Source: Macrostomum lignano (lineage: Eukaryota). Taken from it: 64,000 nucleotides of DNA. Positions 1 to 10,752 of the stretch are shown here, one piece after another. Where the stretch lies: NCBI GenBank assembly GCA_002269645.1, contig NIVC01001136.1, positions 1 to 64,000 of the forward strand. The letters are read 5' to 3'. A program made the translations under genes and the position numbers. The notes beneath the pieces were generated by a model. It did not search any database. It was given only the letters and a program-made list of their open reading frames with translations, and had not been told where the DNA came from. Position 1 is the first letter of the stretch; every line of letters begins with the position of its first letter.

Positions 1-101
1 ATATATACGAACACACTGACACAGAAAATATTCAATACACTCAAAACCAAACCAAGTATACATTATACTACTTGTTCAACTATACGTACATCTTAAGAGA
101 A

Positions 102-1024
102 ATGAAGCGATCACGTCAGCAGGAATTGGCCGAGCGCTATGTTAAACAAGGTAAGATAATCACCTACTCTAGTTCAGTTTTCTTTTTAGATTGACAGTTT
201 GCTAGTTTAGTTTCTTTATTTTTAGTTTTTTTGATTGATTGTTAGTTCGTTTTCTGTTTAGACCTATCTCTTTTAGCTCAGTTTACATTGATTCTCTGCT
301 AGTTCAGTCTCTAGATTGATTCTCTGCTAGTTCAGTCTCTAGATTGATTCTCTGCTAGTTCAGTCTCTAGATTGATTCTCTGCTAGTTCAGTCTCTAGAT
401 TGATTGTCTGCTAGTTCAGTTTCTGTTTAGACTGATTCTCTGCTAGTTCAGTTTCTATATACATTATTTACATGCACCTATACCAAATTTTCCCTCATCT
501 TATCCATTATTACAGCATTCAAGAATGGTGTCTTCACGCAGCCACCTCCAGATCAGTGCAAACGCATTTGCCATGCCACCACCACATCCAATTCTGCTGC
601 AAGAGCATCATACTACTCTACATCTCTCGCCAAAGTAACCTCGATTCATGTCGAGAGACAGACAACTGAGCTAGATCGCATTTACACAAGAACTGATGTT
701 ATTCAGTCAATTAGGCAGCAATCGAACCCACGACCAACTGACCAACTGCAGTATGCACCACCACCATCACCAACCAGCTACAATGACCCAACAGAGCAAG
801 CTTGCAGTGGACCTACAAGTACCAAACCAACGATAGCAAATGAAACACCGTCATCATCAATTGCTATTTCTACCCAAGTTCAACAGCTGCTAAACTCACC
901 AATTATTGTACAGAAGGACATCAAGTCTGTAAAAGTCTCTCAAACAAGCACAGGCTTCTACCAAGTAGAATTAACAAAAACCTGTAATACAACTCAAGTA
1001 TTTGAGTATTGGGACCTATCTTAA
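102..1024 (+). CDS. Two-exon ORF of 185 aa, unknown function (probable Polinton accessory gene)
   Basis: Exon 1 102-150 (MKRSRQQELAERYVKQ, then G|GTAAG); intron 151-515 ending TTACAG; exon 2 516-1024 is open for 168 codons in the phase-matched frame (AFKNGVFTQPPPDQCKRIC...FEYWDLS*). Absent from the ORF track because exon 2 has no in-frame start. Confidence 0.7.
288..452. repeat. 28-bp tandem repeat (CTGCTAGTTCAGTCTCTAGATTGATTCT), about 5-6 copies, inside the intron
   Basis: AGTTCAGTCT recurs at 301, 329, 357 and 385. Confidence 0.9.
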
Positions 1025-1558
1025 AAAGACATTTTTTCTAAATCTTCATCAAATTTTGCCAGCAATATGTCCAAGTAATTGCTCTTTTAGTATATATCAA
1101 ACAAGTATGTAATCAATAATATAATCTCTATAAATTCATTATTCTAAAAAATTCTCTCAATTTTATTCATCATTCATTGAAATTATTTAATTCAATATAA
1201 AGTCAATATCCTGTACAGTTATCATTAAACAAAAATATTAATCCATGCAAATAAACTTTTTCAATATTCTTAAACTTGTATTAAATGCTTCTTTAATTTT
1301 TTCTTACAAACTAAAAATGTAATAATGGTACATATTTAACAACAAAAAATTATATACAGTATTTAACTACAGTTACACTAATCAATAAAAATGATACAGT
1401 AATACAAAAATACTAAAACACAACACAAATGCAAGTAAATATATAATCATAAAATGCTAGTTTACTTTTGCAAGAAAAATATTAATACAACAACACTCCA
1501 CTCAGGAAAACATACAAAAATATTAATGCAAATAATTGTAATAAAAGAAAAAAAAATA

Positions 1559-1581
1559 ACACACACACACACACACACACA
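1559..1581. repeat. (AC)n microsatellite
   Basis: Seen directly. Confidence 0.9.
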
Positions 1582-1991
1582 TGAAATATTTACAAAATTG
1601 TAATCAAATCCACATAAGGCAAGAATTAGTAAATAAAAAACTAAATATTTTCAAATATTAAATGTACTAATTAAGTTTTTGTTTAAAAAATATACTATTT
1701 GCTTTATTATACACTATATATTTTTCTCCATCTATTGGGTTTAATATTTCTAGTGATCAAAGCTTTTTAAACAATCATTTTCTAGGTTTTATAAAAAATA
1801 TATAAAAAAGTTATATGTCTAAATGCTTCTTATAATTTTTATATAATGAATGAAAACTATGAAAACTATTTTTTATTACAGTTAATCAACAGAAAATAAA
1901 GGAGATAGGCAACTTTTGAAAAAGTAAATAAAAAGTAAAAGTAATTTCAGTTCGAAAAAGAAAGCGTCAAAAATAAACACAATCAAAGTAA

Positions 1992-2545
1992 TCAATTAGC
2001 AACTAGAGTTGCGTCCGAATCTATGGTTGATTCCTCTAGCCTACTCAAGCCATGCTGAGTGCTTGCAACTTCTGCTTGATTTAATCCATATGGCGTCGAT
2101 GTAACTATTTTAGCTATTCGACGAGGAGACTGCCAGTTGTCATTGTCAATTGTGCCCGAGGAAGAACCACAATTGGTAATAGGTGCTTTATTAGGAGTTA
2201 CAGCTGACACACTTGTCAATGCCGTCTCTTCCATCATTTTAGTACCACCAGTAGCAGGTGAACTAAAAGTAATTGAAAGACAGTTAACTTTTAATTAATA
2301 ATATTCTTTTTACAGTGTATCAAAGCCAAGACCAGAAAAATAGCTTACATGCTCTTCTTCCAATATCGCAATCGAAATGCGACAACAACAACGCACATGA
2401 CAGCAATGACAGCTACAATAATAACCTGAACCAGACCAATTCTTTCGGTTTGGCTCACTAATTTGTCGATATTGCTCACTAGCTTACTAATAGATTCCGC
2501 ATTTCCCTGAACTAAAATTACAACTTTATTAGTTTGGGGTACCAT
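1992..2545 (-). CDS. Two-exon single-pass membrane protein of about 155 aa
   Basis: Exon 1 2545-2349 (AT|GTAAGC); 86-nt intron 2348-2263 ending TTTTAG; exon 2 2262-1992 in frame, joining two ORF-track fragments. Hydrophobic IGLVQVIIVAVIAVMCVVVVAF is followed by the basic stop-transfer segment RLRYWKK and a Ser/Thr-rich tail. Confidence 0.7.
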
Positions 2546-2859
2546 TTTCTTCTAAACTAAATAAAAATATGCAAGACAAACAAAAGAAATTCTCTAAAAT
2601 AAAAGGCACACCTATAACAATAATCCAGCTCTAGACTCTAAACTATGAATCAACGTAAAGAAAATCTCCGTTTCAAAAATAAATTTTTTATTATATAAAT
2701 ATAACAAAAAATCGTAAACTAATACTTTGTAACTAATTAGAAATATTAAGTTTGCCAACTGTTAAACTTAAATACTTGAGCAAAATATAGGTATGGATGT
2801 AGGTACGATTAGCTACATTAATTTGTAAAAATTATCTTTCTTAAGCATGCGGAAAATAC

Positions 2860-3595
2860 GTTTCTTTAGCCATGGTCTGGCTTTTGCCTCATGATTTAGC
2901 CGTATGCTCCGACTTTTGCCTCAACAGTATGATTTAGTCGTATGGTCCGACTTTTATCCCAACAGTATGATTTAGCTGTGGTCCAGCTTTTACCTCAACA
3001 GTTTTTTAGCCGTGGTCCGGCTTTTTTTGCAACAGTATTATTTAGCTGTGGTCTAGCTTAAAACTGAATCAACAGTGATTTAGTTATAGTCCAGGCTTAA
3101 CTACCTCAACGATGATTTAGCTATAGTCCAGGCTTAACTGTCTCAACAGTAATTTTAGCTGTAGTCCAGACTTAACTGCCTCAACAGTGATTTTAGCTGT
3201 GGTCCAGGCAACTGTCTCAACAGGGATTTAGCTGTAGTCCGATTAGCTTAACTGTCCAGTTATTTAGCTGTGAGCCAAGCAGCAGCACCCGTCTCAACAG
3301 TGAGAATTAGCTATGGTCAGCTTTACCTCAACTGTGATTTGGCTGCTGTGGTCTAGCATAACTGACTCAACAGTAATTTTAGCTGTAGTCGTCCAGCTTA
3401 ACCACCCGTCCAGTTTTATAACCATGGTCCAGCTTAACCACCGTCTCAACGAACAGCGATTTAGTCGTGGTCCAGCTTAACCGTCTCAACGTACAGTGAT
3501 TTAGCCATGGGTCTAGTAGCAATTAACCGTATCAATAGTGATTTAGCCGTGGTCCAGCTTAACTGTCTCAACACAGTAATTTAGCTTAGTCCAAA
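2860..3595. repeat. Degenerate ~36-40-bp tandem array (consensus approx. TGATTTAGCTGTGGTCCAGCTTAACTGTCTCAACAG)
   Basis: TTTAGCTGTGGTCC and TCAACAG modules recur roughly 18-20 times between two divergently oriented genes. Confidence 0.85.
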
Positions 3596-4209
3596 CAGCA
3601 TTTGTGTGTCAACTGCACTGACTGCATGCGGTTATAGCAGCGGCAGTCATTATAGTCCCAACAAGCTGCGCGTCGCAGCATGATAGTGTAACTCTATATA
3701 GCTTCTGCTCAATATAGGACTGCAAAAGCTGAGTTGCAACTATACCTTTTTCTGTTTGAAAAGTAACACTCTATATATAGGTTACTCAAGCAATCTCTTG
3801 TCATCGTGCGAGCTAAAAAATTCCAACATGCAAGCAAAACTTTCAATAAATTAATTTCATAGCACCGCGTGCAGCTTATTTTTACTCTAAAATCCAAGAT
3901 TGCTAATTTTTCAAGTCGCAAAATATTTTAATTACATTCTACTTGAGAACAAAACCAATCTAATGAAGCAACAACCAGCAGTCTTCTTATTAAACGCTTG
4001 CCATCGTGTTACTCTTGCAAATTTATAACTAGTGTGCCTAAGATTCATTAATTTTATTGTATAAAATATCAACCTGCATTTGCGTAAAATTAGACCTAAT
4101 TGTGCAACCCACAATAGAAACTTATGCCACCTTTGGCACGCAACATGCCTTAATCAGCACGCAACAATTAAATTTGTTTACTAGTTCACAAACAGCATGC
4201 AATGCTTGC

Positions 4210-4217
4210 TATAAATA
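4210..4217 (+). promoter_or_regulatory. Canonical TATA box (TATAAATA) upstream of the replication-gene block
   Basis: TATAAATA lies 86 nt before ATG 4296. Function is inferred from position. Confidence 0.45.
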
Positions 4218-4295
4218 CAAGACCCGAAATGGTCAATTTTTCATGAGCTCAATCATTACAGCAAAAGAAATACTATATTCAATTGCTTGTAAGAC

Positions 4296-5522
4296 ATGGC
4301 AGCTTGCATCAAGACGGAGTCAATTGTACGCTCCGACTCGAGTCCGATTTTCTACGTTGGAGAGCAGTCTACAACCACGACTGGTTCGTCCTGCCAGTTT
4401 CGATCTATTGCGTGGAAACCATCAATCGAGTGTACAAAATGGTACCCAATTATATTGCAAACCAAGGCTCCAATGGAGCTTTTTCGTGGAATCGCAGAAA
4501 GGCCAGAGCTCGATCATCCGTCTTGCAGACACGACTCTCGCGACGCAGTAAGTGTCCAATTTCATCCAGACAGCTGCGATAAGGAACTCTTCCACTCTCT
4601 CCGGTGAGCACCATATTTAATTTATACAATTAATTTTAAAAACTTTTAAAAATTTAAAAAACAAATATTCATAATTTATATAATGTTTTGCAGTCAAGTC
4701 GAAAAAGGTCTATCGGGCAAGTTGAACGAGATTCAAGATGCTCGACCCTTGGCACGACTAACAAAACCAGCTCATCAGCATGCTAACGACGTCCTCGAGT
4801 TTGTGCCTCAACAATGGCTGGCTATAAAGCCTGCTTACCCTTGTGCCACAATCAGGATCAGCAACGATCATCCACACGGGAAGGAGGTGTCCATTTCCGA
4901 TTTCAAAGGTGTCAGCGGTACCTACCAAATGACAGTGCAAGCAACGAGCTTGTATTGTCCAAAAGGCAGCCTCGTCTGGCGCATTACATTCGCTGTGCGC
5001 TCTCTAACGCTCATAGAATCTTCCGACAACATGTTGCAGCGCCTTGACATGTTCAAGGGAGTGCTTGCACACCTACCTGCGACCAAGCCAGCAATTAGAA
5101 GCAGGAGTCCGTCCCCAACGTCTACCCATGACCAAGAAGAAGCAGATGAACAAAGCCGGCAGAATTCAAGCCAGGTGACGCCTGCCAAGTCACCTGCAAA
5201 GCGTCGGTCTACCACCACCGTATCGAAGAAGTCGACTCCATCGAATGCAGCGCCAGCATCTATTGAACCGGTGGCTAAAAAGCAAGTTCGCAAACGCAGC
5301 GGTGCAAAACAGCAAAACAATTCTGCCGAAGCTGGTGCAGATGGCACAGACTGGGTGAAGGCACCACCAGCAAAGATCTTGGTGAGTACACCTGCCTCTG
5401 GAACCCGGGTAGCGTCCAAGGAGACAGCATTTTTAAAGCATGCTGCTGCTGCTGCTGCGGACGCTACTACAGCTAGCGTGTATTCATCGGACGATTCGTA
5501 CAGCAGCTCTGATGATGAGTAA
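4296..5522 (+). CDS. Two-exon 378-aa protein, putative OB-fold single-stranded DNA-binding protein with disordered, acidic-ending tail
   Basis: Exon 1 4296-4603 (CG|GTGAGC); AT-rich intron 4604-4693 (TTGCAG); exon 2 4694-5522 in frame. The pattern IILQTKAPMELFRGI...VSVQF...ELFHSLRQVE plus a beta-rich C-terminal half recalls viral gp2.5-like SSBs. The tail is S/P/K-rich and ends SSDDSYSSSDDE. The fold call is pattern recognition only. Confidence 0.5.
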
Positions 5523-5730
5523 CAAAATTTTTGACTAATTTTATCCAAGTTTTAACTAACTTAATTCCACTATATTTATCAAATTTTTGGCTAGGGAAAT
5601 ATTATTTTTAGGGAAAAGCTCAAAACATTTTTGCTACTCCTTGTACGCCAACCAGGTTTTGTTACTTAATATTAGAATTTACAATAGTATAGTCTTGTTA
5701 ATTTTTTTTATTATTTACTTTCCGTTTTAG

Positions 5731-6288
5731 CGACTTGTCCTATTAATAGTTACTGCGAGTCTGAAGCTGCGTCCGTTTGAAAAATTTGATTTAAAGCAGA
5801 CCAAACAGAAGCTACAGACCAGAAACCGGTTTTGCAAACTATTCCTAAGCCGACCAACAATGCTAAAGACAATTTATTCAAACGCAAAAATCCAACTTTA
5901 TCCAGCAGGAAAACTAACTATATATGGCTGTAAATCAAATTCTCAGATAGTTTCAGTTTTACGATTTATCAACGATACTATTAATTGTGTAGATTTTGAT
6001 TCAGTAAAAATTCAGAGCAGTACCTATGTCGGCTTTATTGGTCATCTTTGGCCAAAATTCGGTTTCTCTAGTCTAAAAAGATATGCAGGCTACTATTCGA
6101 ATTATCTGGTTGGATACGATGCAGAAAATTTCCCACAAGCAGTTTCTGTTAGATCAAAATCAAAACCAAGACTTTTTTGTAACATATTTTTTTCGAAAAA
6201 GTTTGTTATTATGGGCGTTCAAAACACTCATGAATTGAATAATATTCTTAACCATGTCAAGGATTTTTTAATCTCTGTTAATAACTAA
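5731..6288 (+). CDS. Divergent TATA-box-binding protein (TBP)-like protein; needs an upstream exon for its start
   Basis: Open frame from acceptor TTTTAG|CGA (5730/5731) to 6288. Repeat 2 KIQSS...YDAENFPQAVSVRSKSKPRLFCNIFFSKKFVIMGV matches TBP KIQNM...[33 protein letters not shown]. Repeat 1 KFDLKQ...KIQLYPAGKLTIYGCKS matches KLDLKT...TALIFSSGKMVCTGAKS. Confidence 0.8.
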   Translation, partial: RLVLLIVTASLKLRPFEKFDLKQTKQKLQTRNRFCKLFLSRPTMLKTIYSNAKIQLYPAGKLTIYGCKSNSQIVSVLRFINDTINCVDFDSVKIQSSTYVGFIGHLWPKFGFSSLKRYAGYYSNYLVGYDAENFPQAVSVRSKSKPRLFCNIFFSKKFVIMGVQNTHELNNILNHVKDFLISVNN

Positions 6289-6516
6289 ACTTAACAAGTA
6301 AACAGTTGCTGTCAAATCGCAGTTGCGATGCATTATTTTACAAACATTTTGTCTTGTTTTCATTTCTTTACCAATTGTTTTCTCTAATAGTAAACGTGCC
6401 AGCTATAACCCAATCTAACTAACCAAATCATCATTTTTCTTACAGCCGCAAATGACAAACCGGATCATCTATTAATATTATGCTCGATACGCTCGTTGTC
6501 GAGCTAGGTGCACACA

Positions 6517-7221
6517 ATGCCGCGTGCACAATGTCAAATCTGCAGAAAAAAGTTCAGCAATCAAGCTGAGCTGCATGCTCACTCGCATGGTGATTGTTTT
6601 TCGCCGGAACGATTACTGGTCGGATCACTGCAAAACCTGATCGAAAACCCACCAGATGGATGGTCCATCACTTTGCGCGAGTCAGCTCATCGTGGTCGGG
6701 TAAATTTTGTCGAATTTACTCCCACTCTTGAACAACAAGACAGCAGCTCTGGCGAGTTACTTCCTGGCGAGTTGATTGCGTCTTTAAGAGGACTAATATT
6801 TAAAATATTGGAAAAAATTGGCTCACCTAGTTTATTAATAAGAGTCTGCTTTCACTTGAAAGTGACACTTTTTCGACCGAAAGCAGCAGCAGACGACAAC
6901 GATGGCTCGAGCAGCGAAGAAATCATCTCGGTCTATTTTAATACCAACATTGCGACAATATCATTTGATGAGACGATTGCAAACAGTGACATGCTGTTAT
7001 CTCCCGAGGCCTACAATGACTGGTTCGCACGCGTTATTAATCAGCTATTAACAAAAATAGACAATTTTCAATCTCGAGGCAGTAATTGGCAATATAGAGC
7101 AATCGAGCAGCTAGACTTGATGCTCTGCATTTATCGCAAAAGCCATGCAACCACACTGTTAACAAATACGTCCCACGATGGTGTGGGAGCGGGCGGCGGT
7201 GGTGGTGGTGGTGGTGGTGGT

Positions 7222-7259
<38 letters not shown>

Positions 7260-10200
7260 GCGCGGCGAGTCCGGTCCAGTCCGGTCCGGTCCAGTCCGGT
7301 CCGGTCCGATTAAACAGCGAGCGTTTAAAGTTCCACTCTCAATCGGGCGCAAAGCTGGAGCAGTACTGCTTCTAAAGCCGCACAGAGCAAATCAGTACGA
7401 CTGTTTTCGCTACTCAATATTGGCGAGTATATTTCATCCTTGTGTGCAAGATGCGAAAAGGAAAGACAGCTATGTGCAATGGATGAGAGAATTTAATTTT
7501 GGTCGACAAGCTAATGGACCAGCTCGCCATTCAAGTAGATCGTACAAAAAATTCTGCCGACGCAATCCGAGAGTTAGTCTACGAGTATTTGTGTGGGATC
7601 ACGACACCAAGACGAGCACATTATTTTACTCGCACAGAAGCAAATATGATGGCGATCGTTATTTTGCGAGCTGTCTGTTTGTGCCGCGGTATGACGATTT
7701 TGAATTTGGTCATTATTTACCAATTCGCAATTTGAACCGGTTATTGAGCAAGCGAGGTAAACAGCGACGATATTGTCCGGAGTGCACGGCTTCGTTTCCT
7801 TGCTCAACTTCGTGGGACTATATTCTCAAGGAGCATTGCTGTGAAGGTGGTAACGTGTCATCATCATCAGCTTCTAATATTGAATGGAGTTCGGATTTTG
7901 TGCCTCAAATCCGCGAGATTCGCCATCGACCACAAGAAGTAATGCCGAAACCAGAAGACGCAATTTTAAAATTTAAATCACACGAGGCAAAACTGCCTTC
8001 GTTGTATGTCTTGTACGCAGACATGGAATGTCTATGTGCACCTGCAAATAATGAAGCAAATGTAAAAAAGACTTGTAATTCGAAGCCGCTTGAAGTCCAC
8101 GTACCAATTTGTTTGGCCTATCGTCTGATAACTTGCCAAGGTTTGCAACTGACACCAAAACTAGCTGCAGCAGTTGGAATGGGCGACAAAAAACCTTGTG
8201 GAGTAATTTACTCGCAAAAAGATGGTGAGAATTGTGTTCGACTGTTTTTACGCAAACTTCAGACCATTGCCAGCGAGATTTGTCTGCATGCTCAGACTGA
8301 GACGTTTACTCCCTTGCTACGTGAATATCTCAATATTAAATCCAACAAGAAGCTTCAGCAGACTTGCCAACTATGCAAGCGAGTATTTGACAAGACTGAA
8401 AAAACTGTGCTGGACCATTGTCACTTGACTGGTTTGCCTCGTGGCATAGTTTGCGTCTCGTGTAATCGAAAGTTAAGTTTAAAACGATACCGATTGATTG
8501 TCTACTTTCACAATTTGGCTGCCTACGATGGTAAATTTCTTGTGCGAGAGATTTACAACGTGTTTTCTGGAAACAGTGTTCAACTAAGCGTGCTACCAGA
8601 GACTCGTGAACGCTTCAAGACGTTTTCGCTAAAGTTTACATTGCCAAGTAATCAACACAAGAATGGCTTTGTGCGGTTTGAGATTTGTTTCAAGGATACT
8701 TTTGCCTATTTATCGACAAGTTTGGCTACTCTAGCCGATCGACTGCTTCCCGAGCAACTAGTGCATACAAAAGAGTTGTTAAAAACGTATCCAAAGTTGG
8801 AGCTGGCAACTCTACGACAAAAGGGAATCTATCCCTACTCTTTTTTGGACTGCGAGGAAAAATTGGACAATGTGACACAGTTACCGCCGAAGGAGAATTT
8901 TTTCAACAAGCTTACAATGTCGCACTGCACGGAAGAAGATTATGGTCGAGCTTGTGTAGCTTGGAATCAGTTCGAGTGTCAAAATCTTCGAGATTATACA
9001 ACAGCCTATTTGTTGCTTGATGTACTGCTGCTATGCGACGTCTTTGAAAATTTTCGTCAGACTGCGCTGCGTGAATATGGTCTCGATCCGACTCACTTTT
9101 TGGGTGCACCGATGTTTAGCATGGTAGCCTGCCTGTTGCGGGTAGACGAGCCAATAAAATTGTTTACCGACGCATCTATGTATGCCGAAGTTGAGTCCTC
9201 CATTCGAGGCGGTTTCAGTTTTGGAACGCGACATGTAACGACGGCCAATAACCCGAGTGTAGCAGAGTACAGAAGCGAGTTTGATCGACTTGATCCGGAC
9301 TTTGAAAGCTTGCGAAAAAATGCACCATATGGAACTTATCTAGCATACTTGGACGCTAATTCGCTCTACTCAAGCTGCATGATTCAACCTTTACCAGTTG
9401 GCGATTTTTTATGGCTATCACGCGATGAAATTGGGAACATTCCAACCGATAGTGCGAGTGCAGACTATTTGGAAAGCCCAAGTGTTAAAAGTCAACTATT
9501 GGATTGGTTAGACAAGTTTTGTAACGACGAACAAGGAGCAATGTTCACTGTGGATCTATATTATCCTCGCTTCTTGCATGACTCGACAGCAGATCTTCCG
9601 CTTGCAATTGGTCACGAATTAGTTGGCGAAGACCGACTTAGTGAACAGATGAAACTGGACTGGTTTTGCCTTCAAAGAGAACTCAATCCAGATCGTTTTG
9701 AAAACGCAACAAGCTATGGTGATGTGAAAGCTTTCAGCAGCTCGACGCGAAAATTGATTGGGTCTGTGCTTCACAAAAAGAAGTATGTTGTGCATCATCG
9801 AGCTCTTCGATTGTATCTAGAATTGGGAATGCGCGTAACGCGTGTTTACCGCGTAATTCGATTTACAGAACGACCAATTTTGCGATACTATATTGAACAC
9901 AATATTGAGCGGCGTAAAGTAGCAAAAACTGAATTCGAACGCGACTTTTTCAAGTTGCTAAATAATGCTCTTTTCGGAAAGTTTCTGCAACGAGTTCGCG
10001 ATCGACTCAATTTCCGCATGTGTTCAGAAGCTGAAAAATTGGAGAAATATGTTTCTCGAGAAGATTTTCTTGACGTAGTAATTTATAATGAAAGTCTGGC
10101 AGGAGTTAGCCTCGCTCCACGTCGTGTTGCGCTAGACAAACCGATTATAATCGGTGCTGCAATCTTAGACATTGCAAAGACTCTTGTATACGACTTTTAT

Positions 10201-10752
10201 TACAATCATGTTCAGATTCATCATTCACTAGCAAGTGCTCGGGTACTCGCAGGAGATACTGATAGTCTTATGCTGGCTCTAGTTATGCGTAAACCGGACG
10301 AGACTCCTTACGATACCTTGTTCAAAGATTTGGCAGAAGAAGGTTTGCTAGACACGAGTAACTATTCACCATCGCATGCTCTGTACTCGACAAAGCACAA
10401 GGGTCGACTTTTGGCGTGGAAAGACGAGTTTAAAGGTTGTATACCACTGGAACTGGTATTTTTGCGACCAAAAAATTACTCCTTCGTGTATGCCAATGGA
10501 ACTATAGATCAAGTCTCGCGCTGCAAAGGTGTCTGCAAGACTGTAGCACAAAGTTTAAAGCATCAAGACTATTTGAGAGTTTTGCACAAGCGACAACTTG
10601 TGTTTTCGCGCATGCAGTCGATTCGTTCTAGAAAACAGAAAGTTTTTTTAATGCAACAAAGAAAACTTGCACTAAGTTTTTTCGACACGAAGCGATCTTG
10701 GACAGACTGCATCGATTCGCTGCCCTTTGGTCACTGGCGCTTGACCAATTAA
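6517..10752 (+). CDS. Protein-primed family B DNA polymerase (pPolB) with terminal-protein region, Zn fingers and an endonuclease-VII-like insertion
   Basis: Exo I YADMEC, Exo II HNLAAYDG, KGIYPY, Exo III YLLLDVLLL; motif A DANSLY, motif B KLLNNALFGK, motif C GDTDS; N-terminal C2H2 finger CQIC...H...H; CQLC...DHCHLTG...CVSCN module. First ATG is 6517 (the ORF track starts at GTG 6508). Confidence 0.97.
7192..7307. repeat. In-frame (GGT/GGC)n = 23 Gly, followed by CCGGT/CCAGT pentamer repeats, inside pPolB
   Basis: Seen directly; the reading frame is preserved. Confidence 0.9.

Noticed and set aside
3600-4200. Left terminal inverted repeat of the Polinton
   Set aside because: No reverse-complement match to 18810-19140 found by eye. 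Only short direct similarities (TGCGTAAAA, TTTGTG..TCAA), which are not enough.
4922-5548. 208-aa antisense ORF over the SSB-like gene
   Set aside because: Antisense shadow of a low-complexity coding region; no motifs or promoter evidence.
7131-7375. Poly-Pro and poly-Val/Ala ORFs overlapping pPolB
   Set aside because: Alternative-frame readings of the GGT/GGC microsatellite.
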